Assembly: GCA_965204375.1 (NCBI GenBank)
Contig: OZ241986.1
Location: forward strand, 1,664,001-1,728,000
Direction of reading: 5' to 3'
Length of the DNA: 64,000 bases
Origin: Candidatus Latescibacterota bacterium
GTDB taxonomy: Bacteria > Latescibacterota > UBA2968
This document shows positions 53,219 to 64,000 of the stretch, piece after piece (position 1 is the stretch's first letter; the number at the start of each line of letters is the position of its first letter). Made by a program: the position numbers and the translations under genes. The notes under the pieces were generated by a model. That model searched no databases. It was not told the DNA's origin and saw only the letters and a list, made by a program, of their open reading frames with translations.

Positions 53219-55657
53219 TTACACCACAATATTGACCAGCCGATTGGGAATGACGATTATCTTTTTGGGGTCTTGATCCTGGACATGCGCTTGTACATTC
53301 GGCTGGTCTAACGCCAAGCTTTCAATCTCCTCCTGCCCAGCATCAACCTCTACTTCCATGCGAGCACGGACTTTGCCATTGACCTGAACTGGCATCTCAA
53401 TTGTTGCTGGTCGAGCGAGCTCTTCGTTCCATTTCGGCCAATTCTGTTGATGAACGCTGTACTCTCCCCCAATGCGCGACCACAGCTCTTCGGAGAGATG
53501 TGGCGTTATCGGTGCCAGGAGCAAGATAAGCGTCTCAATGGCTTCTTTCCACACATCCGTATGCACAACAGGCGTATTGTGGGCTGCCGACAAACCATTG
53601 CTAAATGTCATGAGCGCAGCCAGCGCTGTATTAAACCCAAAGGTTTCAAAATCTTCAGACACCTTACGGATAGTCTGATGGGTTAAGCGCCGCAGATCCT
53701 CCTGGGCTTCTTGCGTAGCATCGCCCTTTGCTGGAGCACCATTTTCAACTACTATACGCCACACGCGGTTCAAAAATCTCGGAATACCTTCCACACTCGA
53801 TGAATTCCAGGGACCACCCTGTTCCCACCGACTCAGAAACATCAAATAAGCCCGAATGCAATCTGCTCCATACTGTACAATCAGATCGTCAGGATTGACA
53901 ACATTGCCTTGAGACTTGCTCATTTTTTCTTGATCTTCACCCAGAATAACGCCCTGATTAAACAAGCGAGTCATCGGCTCATCATCACTGACAAGGTCCA
54001 TATCGCGCATGGCTTTGGTGAAAAATCGCGTGTAAAGCAGATGCATAGTCGCGTGTTCTATACCCCCTGTATATTGATCGACGGGCAACCAGTATTCACC
54101 CTCATGAGGCTCGAAAGGTCCCGTATCGTAATGTGGGCTTAAATAGCGATATTGATACCAAGAAGAACACATAAAGGTATCCATTGTATCCGTCTCTCGC
54201 TGGGCTGGTGCGCCGCATTTGGGACAGGTCGTGTGCAGAAATCCTTCGTGGTATTTGAGAGGAGATTCACCCGTTGGCAAAAATTCTGCATCATCGGGTA
54301 GCACTACGGGTAGGTCATGCACTGGCACGGGAACAATGCCGCATGCATCACAGTAAATAATCGGTATGGGACATCCCCAATAACGCTGGCGGGAAATCAG
54401 CCAATCGTGAAGGCGGTAATTGACTTTTCGCTCACCAATATCTCGGGATTCCAGATCATTAGCCACTGCATCTTTTCCATCTTCAGAGGACAAACCATCG
54501 AATTGTCCCGAATTTACCATGCGTCCCGCATCGGTATATGGCTGGATGAGTGTTTCACCGTCCCAATCATCCGGGGCAATCACTACGGGAATGGACAACC
54601 CATACTTTTTTGCAAAATCAAAATCGCGTTCATCGTGTGCAGGCACAGCCATAATGGCTCCGGTGCCATATTGAAGCAATACATAGTCCGCAATGTAAAT
54701 AGGGACATCGGCATTGTTCATGGGATTAATCGCATAAGCACCGGTGAAAACGCCATCCTGTTCTTTATCTACAGAAAGCCGCTCGATTTCCGATTGCCGT
54801 TCGGCTTTGACACAATATGCTTTAACAGCTTCCCGTTGGTCGGGCACTGTTATCTCATCAACCAATGGATGTTCGGGGGCTAAAACCGCAAAAGACATGC
54901 CAAAAATGGTATCTGGGCGCGTTGTGAACGCGCGAAACGATGACTCTGAATTTTTGACGCGCATTTCAAATTCAACGCCCTCACTGCGTCCGATCCAATT
55001 TTCTTGCATGGCCTGTACGCGGTTGGGCCACTCAATTTTTGAAAAATCGAGTAATTCTTCAGCATATCTGGTAATCCGAAATAGCCATTGGTCCAGGTCT
55101 TTTTTAATCACGGGTGTATTACACCGCTCACAGTGCCTGTCCTCCCCCCAAACCTGCTCTCTGGCCAGAGTAGTATTGCACTGTGGGCACCAATCAACGG
55201 GGGCTTTCTCTCGATAAGCCAGACCATTGGCGTAAAATTTGAGGAATAACCACTGCGTCCATCTATAATATTCGGGCAAACAAGTGATCGCTTCGCGCGT
55301 CCAGTCAAACATTGCACCCATTGTTTTCAGTTGTTCGCGCATGCGTTCCACATTGTCCAATGTCCATTTAGCCGGGTGAATACCCCGTTGGATTGCAGCG
55401 TTTTCAGCGGGCAATCCAAAAGCATCAAAACCGATGGGAAACAGTACATTGTGTCCCTTCATTCGCATATATCGCGCCCGAACATCAGAGGGAACAATCG
55501 CATACCAGTGACCAATGTGGAGATCACCCGAAGTGTAAGGCAACATAGTCAAAGCATAGTGCTTGGGGCGGTCAGAATCGATTTGACTGCGGTACAGATC
55601 AGTATCTTCCCAGCGTTGACGCCATTTTTTTTCAATCTCAGAAAACTCGTAAGCCAT
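53219..55657 (-). CDS. leuS: Leucine--tRNA ligase
   Basis: PYTSG.LHIGH, FTTRPDT, GTGAIMAVPAHDERD, DWLISRQRYWG.PIP, KMSKS; start at MAYEF. Confidence 0.97.
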   Translation of the reverse strand: MAYEFSEIEKKWRQRWEDTDLYRSQIDSDRPKHYALTMLPYTSGDLHIGHWYAIVPSDVRARYMRMKGHNVLFPIGFDAFGLPAENAAIQRGIHPAKWTLDNVERMREQLKTMGAMFDWTREAITCLPEYYRWTQWLFLKFYANGLAYREKAPVDWCPQCNTTLAREQVWGEDRHCERCNTPVIKKDLDQWLFRITRYAEELLDFSKIEWPNRVQAMQENWIGRSEGVEFEMRVKNSESSFRAFTTRPDTIFGMSFAVLAPEHPLVDEITVPDQREAVKAYCVKAERQSEIERLSVDKEQDGVFTGAYAINPMNNADVPIYIADYVLLQYGTGAIMAVPAHDERDFDFAKKYGLSIPVVIAPDDWDGETLIQPYTDAGRMVNSGQFDGLSSEDGKDAVANDLESRDIGERKVNYRLHDWLISRQRYWGCPIPIIYCDACGIVPVPVHDLPVVLPDDAEFLPTGESPLKYHEGFLHTTCPKCGAPAQRETDTMDTFMCSSWYQYRYLSPHYDTGPFEPHEGEYWLPVDQYTGGIEHATMHLLYTRFFTKAMRDMDLVSDDEPMTRLFNQGVILGEDQEKMSKSQGNVVNPDDLIVQYGADCIRAYLMFLSRWEQGGPWNSSSVEGIPRFLNRVWRIVVENGAPAKGDATQEAQEDLRRLTHQTIRKVSEDFETFGFNTALAALMTFSNGLSAAHNTPVVHTDVWKEAIETLILLLAPITPHLSEELWSRIGGEYSVHQQNWPKWNEELARPATIEMPVQVNGKVRARMEVEVDAGQEEIESLALDQPNVQAHVQDQDPKKIIVIPNRLVNIVV

Positions 55658-55670
55658 TGAAATACAACTC

Positions 55671-56966
55671 CTAAGGATATAATCTTTGCAAAAGTCGAGG
55701 AAATGGAATCGTCTCGCGGACATGGGACAATCCGCATATCCACGCGACGGTACGCTCAATACCCAATCCAAAACCGGAATGCGGCACCGATCCATAGTGC
55801 CTGAGGTCCAGGTACCACTGGAACGGCACCTCGTCAAGACCGTGTTCGGCGAGCTTCCGCCGCAAGACCTCCAGATCGTCCTCGCGCTGTCCCCCACCGA
55901 CGATTTCGCCATATCCTTCGGGAGCCAACACATCCATACACAATGCCAGTTGGGAATCTTCTGGATCCCCCTTCATATAAAAAGCTTTACAAGCTGCCGG
56001 ATACCGATGCACAATCACGGGGCGATCGTGTGCATTGGCCAACACGGTTTCATCCTCAGCGCCAAAATCCTCCCCCCATGTGTGATCGCAACCCGCGTCT
56101 TTTAGCAACTCATGTGCATCCGAATAAGATATCCTGGGAAATGGTTTTTGCACCCGTTGTAGGGGCGCAAGATCGCGTTGCAAGGTTTCAAGTTCAGACC
56201 GACAGGTTTCTATCACACGCTGAACAACACAACAGATAAAGTCTTCAGCCAGGTCCATATTACCCGATAGATCCATATAGGCCACCTCTGGCTCGACCAT
56301 CCAAAATTCGGTCAAATGACGCCGCGTCTTGGATTTCTCAGCGCGAAAGGTCGGTCCAAAACAGTACACCTTTCCAAACGCCATAGCTGCTGCTTCCATA
56401 TATAGCTGACCACTCTGTGTCAGATATGCTCTCTCATCGAAATAATCGGTTTCAAAAAGCGTACTGGTGCCTTCACAGGACGACGGTGTAAAAATGGGCG
56501 CATCAACAAGTGTGAAGCCATTGTTGTCGTAATAATCGCGACAGGCTTTGACAATTTCAGCACGCACACTTAAAATGGCGTGTTGACGCGATGAGCGCAG
56601 CCACAAATGACGATGATCCATCAGAAATGCCGTGCCGTGTTCTTTGGGCGTAATCGGATAATCCTCCGCGCGATGCACAATTTCGATATCGCTGACGCCA
56701 ATTTCAAAGCCGATGGGCGAACGCGCATCGGCCCGAACCACCCCCGTCACGCGAAGGGCCGACTCTTGCCCCAGGTCTGAAGCCTTTTCAAAAACGTCTG
56801 GCGAGACATCGCCCTGAAACACCACGCACTGAATCGTACCAGCGCCATCTCTGATCTGAAGAAAGTGCAATTTTCCACTTGACCGTTTGTTGTACAGCCA
56901 TCCCTCAATCACAACTTCTTTATCTTCCCATGCACTTACGTCGTTTATCCTGATGATATCTGGCAT
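55671..56966 (-). CDS. asnS: Asparagine--tRNA ligase
   Basis: OB-fold start, [46 protein letters not shown]. Confidence 0.95.
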   Translation of the reverse strand: MPDIIRINDVSAWEDKEVVIEGWLYNKRSSGKLHFLQIRDGAGTIQCVVFQGDVSPDVFEKASDLGQESALRVTGVVRADARSPIGFEIGVSDIEIVHRAEDYPITPKEHGTAFLMDHRHLWLRSSRQHAILSVRAEIVKACRDYYDNNGFTLVDAPIFTPSSCEGTSTLFETDYFDERAYLTQSGQLYMEAAAMAFGKVYCFGPTFRAEKSKTRRHLTEFWMVEPEVAYMDLSGNMDLAEDFICCVVQRVIETCRSELETLQRDLAPLQRVQKPFPRISYSDAHELLKDAGCDHTWGEDFGAEDETVLANAHDRPVIVHRYPAACKAFYMKGDPEDSQLALCMDVLAPEGYGEIVGGGQREDDLEVLRRKLAEHGLDEVPFQWYLDLRHYGSVPHSGFGLGIERTVAWICGLSHVRETIPFPRLLQRLYP

Positions 56967-57060
56967 ATTATCGTTCCCTGAGAATAAAAAAACGAAAGAC
57001 GACCGGGTACATCTGCTTGCCCACCGATCGCCTTGTGTTTTTTTCGTGTATATACAAATC

Positions 57061-59178
57061 TCACGATCTTTGGGGGGGGCGTTGCCTACCCTGCGGATTT
57101 GAACCACCATTGGGTTTGTCGATAAGGACTTTGCGGCTCAGTCGAATTTTGCCCTGATCGTCGATAGCGATCACTTTGACCCGAACTTTTTCGCCTTCAC
57201 TAAGCACATCGTTTACCTTGCGCACCCGGTGATGTTCAAGCTCGGAAATATGGCAAAGCCCATCCTTGCCTGGCAATATCTCGACAAACGCACCAAAGTC
57301 CGTGATCCGGCGCACTGTGCCATCGTAGATTCGCCCAACTTCTGGCTCTTCGACGAGTGCTTCAACCATACCCATTGCGGTTTCACCGGCTTGCGCATCT
57401 AAAGAGGTGACCGTAACCAGCCCATCGTCCTCGACTGAAACCGTCGCGCCTGTCTCTTCAATGCTGCGAATGGTCTTCCCTCCCGGGCCAATAACCGCAC
57501 CGATTTTTGCCGGATCAATTCGGATGGACAAAATGCGTGGCGCGTATTCCGACAAGCTCGTTCTCGGCGCGGAAATAGCTTCTTCCATAAGACCGAGAAT
57601 GTGGTCTAAAGCGTCTCGGGCACGAGCAAATGCCGCACTGAGAATCTCAAAACTTATACCGCCGATCTTAATATCCATCTGAATCGCCGTCAGACCCGAT
57701 CGCGTTCCCGCTATTTTGAGATCCATATCACCCAAATGGTCTTCTTCGCCTAAAATATCTGTGAGAACCGCCCACTGATCCCCTTCCATGACCAGCCCTA
57801 CACCAGCCCCGGCAACATGGCTTTTAATGGGCACGCCCGCATCCATCAAAGCGAGAGAGCCGCCACACACCGTGGCCATTGAAGACGAGCTGTTGGATTC
57901 TAAGATCTCGGAAACCAGCCGGATCGTATATGGAAAATGCTCTTCACTGGGCACGACAGGCTCGAGTGCCTTTTCAGCTAAAGCTCCGTGACCGACTTCG
58001 CGACGGCCGGGCGCTGCGATCCGCCCCGTTTCCCCAACACTGTAGTTGGGAAAGTTGTAATCGAGCATAAAGCTCTTGAACGATTTGCCCTCGAGATCAT
58101 CTACCATTCGGGTATCCATCTTGCTTCCGAGCGTCGCCACACACAAAGCCTGCGTCTGCCCGCGCGTAAAAATACCGGACCCGTGTGCGCGAGGCAATAC
58201 GCTCAGGTCGATGTCAATGGGCCGAACCTGATTGAGATCGCGCCCATCAATACGCTGATTTTCCGCAAGGATCATCGCGCGCATATCCTTTTTGATCAAC
58301 CGATCTATTTCACCGCCAATTTCACTATCTTCAAAGTCTTCTGCGAGTGCTTCCCGCACCTCGGCGCGAATCGCGGACAATGTCTCTGCACGCGCCGCCT
58401 TATCCGGCATGCGATTGGCTGCGTGAATCTGCTCTGAAGCGCGTTCGGCAACAGCAGCGACAAGAGCCTCATTTTCTTCAGGCTCGTCGAAGGATCGTTT
58501 GGGTTTTCCAACACGGGCAATCAGGTCATCCTGTAATTCAATCAGTTGTACAATGCCTTGATGGGCGACGCGCAGTGCTTCTACGACATCACCATCGGCT
58601 ACTTCGTGAAAATCGCCTTCAACTGAAATAATGGACTCGCGATTGCCCGATACCATCAGGTGGACATCGCTTTCTTCGAGTTGAGAAAGTGTGGGGTTGA
58701 GTACAAATTCTCCATCGACTCGTCCAACGCACACAGCACCAATGGGACCGTCAAACGGAATATCAGAAATGCACAGTGCAGCCGAAGCACCTGTCATTGA
58801 GAGCACTGCAGGATCATTTTCCCCATCAAAAGACAACACAGTGACATAAACCTGCGTTTCAAAATCATAAGCCTCCGGAAATAGGGGCCTGATTTGATGG
58901 TCGATTAAACGCGCATGCAATTTTTCAGTTGTTGAAGGTGCGCCCTCTCGCTTAAAAAAATTGCCGGGAATGCGCCCACCAGCATACATCTTTTCGCGAT
59001 AATCGACTTGAAGGGGGAAAAAATCAAAATCCGAAGGTTTGTTATCGGAAACGGCAGCCACCAGCACAATAGTTTCACCGTACTGCATCCACACTGCCCC
59101 GTGCGACTGTTTGGCCACCCGACCCGTTTCAATGGACAGTGGACGACCAGCATATTCAAGCTCTACTTTTGTTATCAT
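57061..59178 (-). CDS. pnp: Polyribonucleotide nucleotidyltransferase
   Basis: [32 protein letters not shown]...[10 protein letters not shown] and S1 domains. Confidence 0.97.
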   Translation of the reverse strand: MITKVELEYAGRPLSIETGRVAKQSHGAVWMQYGETIVLVAAVSDNKPSDFDFFPLQVDYREKMYAGGRIPGNFFKREGAPSTTEKLHARLIDHQIRPLFPEAYDFETQVYVTVLSFDGENDPAVLSMTGASAALCISDIPFDGPIGAVCVGRVDGEFVLNPTLSQLEESDVHLMVSGNRESIISVEGDFHEVADGDVVEALRVAHQGIVQLIELQDDLIARVGKPKRSFDEPEENEALVAAVAERASEQIHAANRMPDKAARAETLSAIRAEVREALAEDFEDSEIGGEIDRLIKKDMRAMILAENQRIDGRDLNQVRPIDIDLSVLPRAHGSGIFTRGQTQALCVATLGSKMDTRMVDDLEGKSFKSFMLDYNFPNYSVGETGRIAAPGRREVGHGALAEKALEPVVPSEEHFPYTIRLVSEILESNSSSSMATVCGGSLALMDAGVPIKSHVAGAGVGLVMEGDQWAVLTDILGEEDHLGDMDLKIAGTRSGLTAIQMDIKIGGISFEILSAAFARARDALDHILGLMEEAISAPRTSLSEYAPRILSIRIDPAKIGAVIGPGGKTIRSIEETGATVSVEDDGLVTVTSLDAQAGETAMGMVEALVEEPEVGRIYDGTVRRITDFGAFVEILPGKDGLCHISELEHHRVRKVNDVLSEGEKVRVKVIAIDDQGKIRLSRKVLIDKPNGGSNPQGRQRPPQRS

Positions 59179-59267
59179 TCTATCTCCTAATATTTACAAA
59201 ACACATCTATTCCAGCGCCCTGGCAAAAGGGCCAGAGATACGGCCAACTGCTGGAATACAAAAAAAC

Positions 59268-59537
59268 TCAACCGCGAATATCCAGTGCCGCAATCAAGCT
59301 ACGATAACCTTCTAAATCTACGCGTCGCAAATACCGCAACAGACGGCGACGACGCCCAACCAGTTTGAGCAGGCCTCGACGCGAGTGATGATCTTTCTTG
59401 TGGGTTTGAAAGTGTTCGATGAGTTGTACAATACGCTCTGTAAGTTGCGCAATCTGGACTTGTGGCGATCCCGTATCGCCTTCTTTGCGCCCGTATTGTG
59501 CGATCAACTCTGCCTTCTTTTCTTTTGTTAACGCCAA
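59268..59537 (-). CDS. rpsO: 30S ribosomal protein S15
   Basis: [33 protein letters not shown]; TTG start with GGAGG RBS. Confidence 0.97.
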   Translation of the reverse strand: MALTKEKKAELIAQYGRKEGDTGSPQVQIAQLTERIVQLIEHFQTHKKDHHSRRGLLKLVGRRRRLLRYLRRVDLEGYRSLIAALDIRG

Positions 59538-60481
59538 AATTTACCTCCATCGGTATGATGCCGCGAAAGCATATCTTCCGCGGTCTGTATATCTGCCTGG
59601 ATCTGTTCGATCAAAGCTTCTTTGCTACCAAATTCACGCTCTCCGCGAATGCGATACAAAATCTCAACGGGTAAAATTTTTCCATAGAGATTTTGTGAAA
59701 AATTGAGCAAATGCACTTCACAACGCGCTGAATCCCCCCCAAATGTAGGGCGTTTGCCGTAATTGACAACGGCGATGTAGGGCTGCTCCAGCCTGGCAAC
59801 ACCAGCATAAACCCCCGGCACCGGCAAGAGTTTTCCCGGTGTTTCAAACAGGAGATTGGCAGTGGGAAAACCAAGTGATCTACCCCGCTTTTCTCCCTCT
59901 ACCACACGCCCCCACAAGGGGTAAGGGTGTCCCATAAGCTGAACAACCGCATCCAGGTCTCCTTTCAGGAGTGCGTTGCGAATGCGGGTACTGCTCACAG
60001 GTTTTTCGGCGATGCACACAGCAGGCGGAGAAAAAACAGAGAAACCAAACTGTTTTCCCAAACTTTTCATCGTCTCAAACCCGCCCTGGCGCCCCCTTCC
60101 AAAACCGTGGTCATAACCTACAATCACAGACCTGGCGCTGAGTTTATCAACCAGAAAGCTTTTGACAAATACCTCGGGAGACAACTGCCGGAGTGCGTCA
60201 TCAAATCCAACAACAGCCAGAATATCCACCCCTAAAGAGGCGAGACAATGCTGTTTCTCTTCAAGCGATGTCAACACCCCGGGAGCATCGGCACCGTCGA
60301 TAAACTGGCGGGGATGTGGATCAAAAGTGACAACGACAGATGTACCTCTACACGCCCGTGCCATATCGGTCATAGCTTCAATGACAGAGACATGTCCGAT
60401 GTGTATGCCGTCAAATGTTCCAACAGTGACCACCGGGTGAGCAAGCGCAACCGGTTCTTCAAGCGTTATGGTGCGCATCAT
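59528..60481 (-). CDS. ribF: Bifunctional riboflavin kinase/FAD synthetase
   Basis: [42 protein letters not shown]. Confidence 0.95.
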   Translation of the reverse strand: MMRTITLEEPVALAHPVVTVGTFDGIHIGHVSVIEAMTDMARACRGTSVVVTFDPHPRQFIDGADAPGVLTSLEEKQHCLASLGVDILAVVGFDDALRQLSPEVFVKSFLVDKLSARSVIVGYDHGFGRGRQGGFETMKSLGKQFGFSVFSPPAVCIAEKPVSSTRIRNALLKGDLDAVVQLMGHPYPLWGRVVEGEKRGRSLGFPTANLLFETPGKLLPVPGVYAGVARLEQPYIAVVNYGKRPTFGGDSARCEVHLLNFSQNLYGKILPVEILYRIRGEREFGSKEALIEQIQADIQTAEDMLSRHHTDGGKFWR

Positions 60482-61356
60482 CAATTCTGGATCACGCGAA
60501 TAGGCTTCAAAACGCCCTCGTCGATATGACCGAGACCGAGCAAAATACCCCGGGAATTTTGCACTGTTACAATATCCTGGACATCTGATAAAATATCGGT
60601 CACGGAATTGCCATTTGAAAAACGCCCCTGCTGCGCCTCTGTCAAACAAACCGATGACAGATCAGATAAAACAGCGTGGGGATTGAGCAACACGTCAGAA
60701 ATACTTTCTGCACGCTCGAGTTCATAAACCGCAACACATTGTCCCAATTCAATACCCCCCACCGCGGTTCTGCGAAGCGTTGATAGATGAGCACCACATC
60801 CAAGCCGTTTGCCAATGTCGTCTGCAAGCGACCGAATATAAGTACCTTTAGAACAATGTACGTTCAGGTGCAAGAGCGGTGGTGCATAAACCGCAATATC
60901 GAGCTTGTGTACGCACACATCACGCGCAGGACGTTCAACCTCGACACCTCTTCGAGCGAGGTCATAAAGCCTGCGCCCCCCCATGCGGATGGCTGAATAC
61001 ATAGGCGGAACCTGCGCAATCGCCCCCCTGAATTCGACAACAGCGGCCTCGACTTGTGCATAATCGGCAGGTATATCCCCCGATCTACTGGTAACCACAC
61101 CATCGGCATCGAGAGAATCGGTCGTCATTCCCAAACGCACAACCGCTCGATATTGTTTACTGCCGCCCGTAATATAGGAACTCAGGCGCGTATAGGCTCC
61201 CAGACAAAGTGGCAAAACGCCCGTTGCCATGGGATCAAGGGTACCTGTGTGCCCTACTTTTTTGATCCCAAAGTGCTTACGCACCCAACTGACAACATCT
61301 TGAGAAGTCCAGCCAGCGGGTTTGTCTATGGAAAGAAAGCCGTTTATGGGCACCAC
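60481..61356 (-). CDS. truB: tRNA pseudouridine(55) synthase
   Basis: DKP.G.TS, GHTGTLDP.ATGVL, QVPPMYSA, CSKGTYIRSL. Confidence 0.96.
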   Translation of the reverse strand: MVPINGFLSIDKPAGWTSQDVVSWVRKHFGIKKVGHTGTLDPMATGVLPLCLGAYTRLSSYITGGSKQYRAVVRLGMTTDSLDADGVVTSRSGDIPADYAQVEAAVVEFRGAIAQVPPMYSAIRMGGRRLYDLARRGVEVERPARDVCVHKLDIAVYAPPLLHLNVHCSKGTYIRSLADDIGKRLGCGAHLSTLRRTAVGGIELGQCVAVYELERAESISDVLLNPHAVLSDLSSVCLTEAQQGRFSNGNSVTDILSDVQDIVTVQNSRGILLGLGHIDEGVLKPIRVIQN

Positions 61357-61698
61357 CTATGTGTTGAGACTATTGAGCAATTGCTCAATTCTCGCTCCCT
61401 GTGTGATGGAATCATCCCAGGCGAAAACCAACTCGGGCACATGTCGCAATTGAACGCGCTGAGCGAGCGCACGGCGCAAGAAAGATATTGCTCCCATCAG
61501 GCGCTCGAGCACCTCTGTTTGCTCTGCGGAGCCACTCATCACACTGATGTAAACCCTGGCTGTGCGCAGGTCACGAGTCATGGTGACAGCCGTAATCGTG
61601 ATTTCGGACAGACCGGGGTCACGGGTTTCCGTGTGCAAAATTTCACTCAGGGCAACCTGAATGGCTTTTCCCACACTTTCTGGCCGATAAGATGGCAT
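61357..61698 (-). CDS. rbfA: Ribosome-binding factor A
   Basis: RDP, IT.V..T.DL..A.VY, LR.VPEL.F..D; conserved position after infB. Confidence 0.93.
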   Translation of the reverse strand: MPSYRPESVGKAIQVALSEILHTETRDPGLSEITITAVTMTRDLRTARVYISVMSGSAEQTEVLERLMGAISFLRRALAQRVQLRHVPELVFAWDDSITQGARIEQLLNSLNT

Positions 61699-61699
61699 A

Positions 61700-61981
61700 T
61701 CAGAGCAACTCCAACGAATAATCTACCACAATAAGGCGATCTTCTCGCTCGATGAAATCGACCACCTTTGACAATATCTGATTGGCATACCGCGAGTCGT
61801 TGGCAACTGTTGCAACACCTAATTGTGCTCTTTGCCAGCGGTCATTATCACCCAGTTCAGAAACAGATACATTGAATTTGTTGCGTGTGCGCGTCGTGAT
61901 GCTCTTGAGCACGCTGCGTTTCTGTTTCAGCGAGGCGCATTCGGGCAAATACAGATCGAGATGACAAAAACCAATGGTCAT
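61700..61981 (-). CDS. DUF503 (YlxP-like) protein
   Basis: SLKQKRSV, KFNVSVSE....D.WQR..LG; between infB and rbfA. Confidence 0.9.
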   Translation of the reverse strand: MTIGFCHLDLYLPECASLKQKRSVLKSITTRTRNKFNVSVSELGDNDRWQRAQLGVATVANDSRYANQILSKVVDFIEREDRLIVVDYSLELL

Positions 61982-63999
61982 TAGATCGAGCGGGTCGTTT
62001 CAATGAGTTCGTAAGTTTCAATAACATCGCCGACTTTGACATCGTTAAAATTTTCGATACCAATGCCGCATTCAAAACCGTTTTGCACTTCGCGAACATC
62101 ATCCTTAAAACGCCGCAAAGATCCAATACGGCCTTCGTAAACAATGACGCCATCGCGCAAAACGCGCGCATTGGTCGTGCGGTGGATGAGTCCCTGAGAA
62201 ACAAGACATCCGGCAATCGTGCCAACACTTGCCACCTGGAATAGCTCGCGCACTTGCGCTTCGCCCTGTACATTTTCTTCAATTTTGGGTGCCAACAATC
62301 CAGAAAGGGCAGCGCGAATGTCTTCGACGACTTCGTAAATTACGCGATACAAACGAATATCAACGCGTTCTTGTGCCGCAACCTCTCTTGCATTTGCATC
62401 GGGACGCACGTTAAAACCGATGATAATGGCATCAGAGGCTGATGCGAGCAAAATGTCAGATTCGGAGATAGCACCTACAGCGCGGTGAATCACCGATAAA
62501 TGCACTTCTTCGTGTTCAATTTGCAATAGTGCGTCTTGCAGGGCCTCGACAGACCCATCGACATCGCCTTTAATAATCAGACGCAACTCCTCCATATTGC
62601 CCGTCTCAATCTGGTTGTGAATGTCGGACAATGATACCCGACGTACCCGATGATACTCTTGTTCGCGCCTGAGTTGCTGCCGTTTCTGGCTGATATCGCG
62701 GGCTTCGCGCTCATTTTCAACCACATGAAAAGTATCCCCTGCCTGGGGCAACCCAGCCAGACCGAGAACCTGAACCGGACGAGAAGGTCCTGCTGTTGTC
62801 ACGGATATACCACGCTCATCGAGCATTGCGCGGACGCGCCCACTAAACATGCCTGTAATAAACGGATCACCAACTTGTAGCCTGCCTTCTTGCACGAGCA
62901 CTGTTGCCACATTTCCTCGTCCTCGGTCGAGTTTTGACTCTACGATAGTGCCTTTGGCGCGCTTATCGGGATTGGCAACAAGTTCGAGCATTTCTGTTTC
63001 AAGAGCCAGTAACTCGAGCAAAGCATCGATATTTTGTCCCGTTTTGGCGGAAATTTCGCAGACTTGAACATTACCGCCATAATCCTCTACGACGACATTG
63101 TGCTCGGTCAACTCCCGTTTGATTTTGTCGGGATCGGAAGTTGGCAAGTCGATTTTGTTAATTGCCACGACGAGGGGCACGTTGGCCGCTTTGGCATGAT
63201 CAATGGCTTCTACTGTTTGTGGCATCACACTATCATCTGCCGCTACGACCAGAACCACGACATCGGTTACGCTGGCACCTCTGGCACGCATTGCCGTAAA
63301 AGCTTCGTGCCCAGGCGTATCGAGAAAACAGATTTCACGATCAGCACCGAGTTCAACGTGATACGCACCAATATGCTGCGTAATGCCGCCAGCTTCACCT
63401 TCCATCACATTGGTCTCTCGGATATAATCCAAAAGAGATGTTTTTCCGTGATCCACATGCCCCATAATTGTAACCACTGGGGGCCTTGGTTTTTGACTAT
63501 CTCCAGGCGCTTCTACCTCTGCTGCCAATACCTCTTCGCCGTATTCTTCGAGTTCTTCAACGCCGAAACCAAATTCATCGGCAACAAGCGTGATGGTGTC
63601 CATATCAAGGCGCTGGTTGATGGTCACCACCATGCCCAATTTGAGACATTGTGTGATGACTTCTGTAGGACGCACATCCATCTGAGAAGCGAGTTCGCCA
63701 ATGGTTGTAAACTCATTGACTTTGAGAACTTGGCCGCCTGTGGTTTCGTCTTCAGGCGTTTCACTGTCTTGACGACGGCGACGGCGCACCCGTGATGGTG
63801 CCGCACCACTCGACATTTGCGCCAGTGTTCGACGCACATTTTCTGATACTTCACGCTCATCAACGACAGGACGTTTGCGTCTGCGACGGCGTTTTCGCGG
63901 AGGTCGCGTGCGACTTCTCTTTTCCTGTACAGGTTTTGCTTTGGGCTTGGTCTCTTCTTTTACTACGGGTTTTTCTTGTTCGGTTTTTGGCACTTTTGT
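61981..63999 (-). CDS. infB: Translation initiation factor IF-2 (5' part outside window)
   Basis: [53 protein letters not shown]. Confidence 0.98.
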   Translation of the reverse strand, partial: TKVPKTEQEKPVVKEETKPKAKPVQEKRSRTRPPRKRRRRRKRPVVDEREVSENVRRTLAQMSSGAAPSRVRRRRRQDSETPEDETTGGQVLKVNEFTTIGELASQMDVRPTEVITQCLKLGMVVTINQRLDMDTITLVADEFGFGVEELEEYGEEVLAAEVEAPGDSQKPRPPVVTIMGHVDHGKTSLLDYIRETNVMEGEAGGITQHIGAYHVELGADREICFLDTPGHEAFTAMRARGASVTDVVVLVVAADDSVMPQTVEAIDHAKAANVPLVVAINKIDLPTSDPDKIKRELTEHNVVVEDYGGNVQVCEISAKTGQNIDALLELLALETEMLELVANPDKRAKGTIVESKLDRGRGNVATVLVQEGRLQVGDPFITGMFSGRVRAMLDERGISVTTAGPSRPVQVLGLAGLPQAGDTFHVVENEREARDISQKRQQLRREQEYHRVRRVSLSDIHNQIETGNMEELRLIIKGDVDGSVEALQDALLQIEHEEVHLSVIHRAVGAISESDILLASASDAIIIGFNVRPDANAREVAAQERVDIRLYRVIYEVVEDIRAALSGLLAPKIEENVQGEAQVRELFQVASVGTIAGCLVSQGLIHRTTNARVLRDGVIVYEGRIGSLRRFKDDVREVQNGFECGIGIENFNDVKVGDVIETYELIETTRSI

Positions 64000-64000
64000 T

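Noticed and set aside
55658-55933. N-terminal extension of leuS in the ORF track
   Set aside because: Overlaps the asnS 3' end; the real start is MAYEF at 55657 with an AGGAG RBS. Similar over-extensions were trimmed for gatC, ribF, asnS, the aldolase and the SDR.

Overview
A chromosomal window from a diderm bacterium. GWxTD proteins, lamin-tail proteins with a PNPFN C-terminal domain and the lptC-lptA-lptB-rpoN order suggest the FCB / Gemmatimonadota-Latescibacterota group (inference only). The window appears to span the replication terminus: a well-formed 28-bp dif site lies at 50751-50778 and gene orientation largely converges on it. Left of dif: a small catabolic cluster (NIPSNAP, PhyH, OtnK-like kinase, class II aldolase), an AT-rich islet (AAA/ABC ATPase, partner gene, IS1595 remnant), a CYTH-CHAD-ParA operon, tonB, a lipoprotein/TPR/GWxTD operon, the ruvX-mltG-pcrA-gatC-pyrG-lptCAB-MOSC-rpoN block, a sigma54-type-promoter-driven five-LTD surface protein, HU/IHF and fdhD. 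Next comes a 14-kb six-gene operon that is the best candidate for an undescribed system: an ABC ATPase, an ABC-2 permease fused to an apparently inactive M1-peptidase fold and a Golvesin/Xly-like domain, an MFP, an AcrB-type RND subunit, a second RND subunit fused to a complete ABC ATPase domain, and a second ABC-2 permease. Right of dif: an HTH/coiled-coil gene, gcvT, a 195-bp MITE and the housekeeping run infB-DUF503-rbfA-truB-ribF-rpsO-pnp-asnS-leuS. No rRNA, tRNA or CRISPR array was seen. All family calls come from motif recognition by eye, not database searches.
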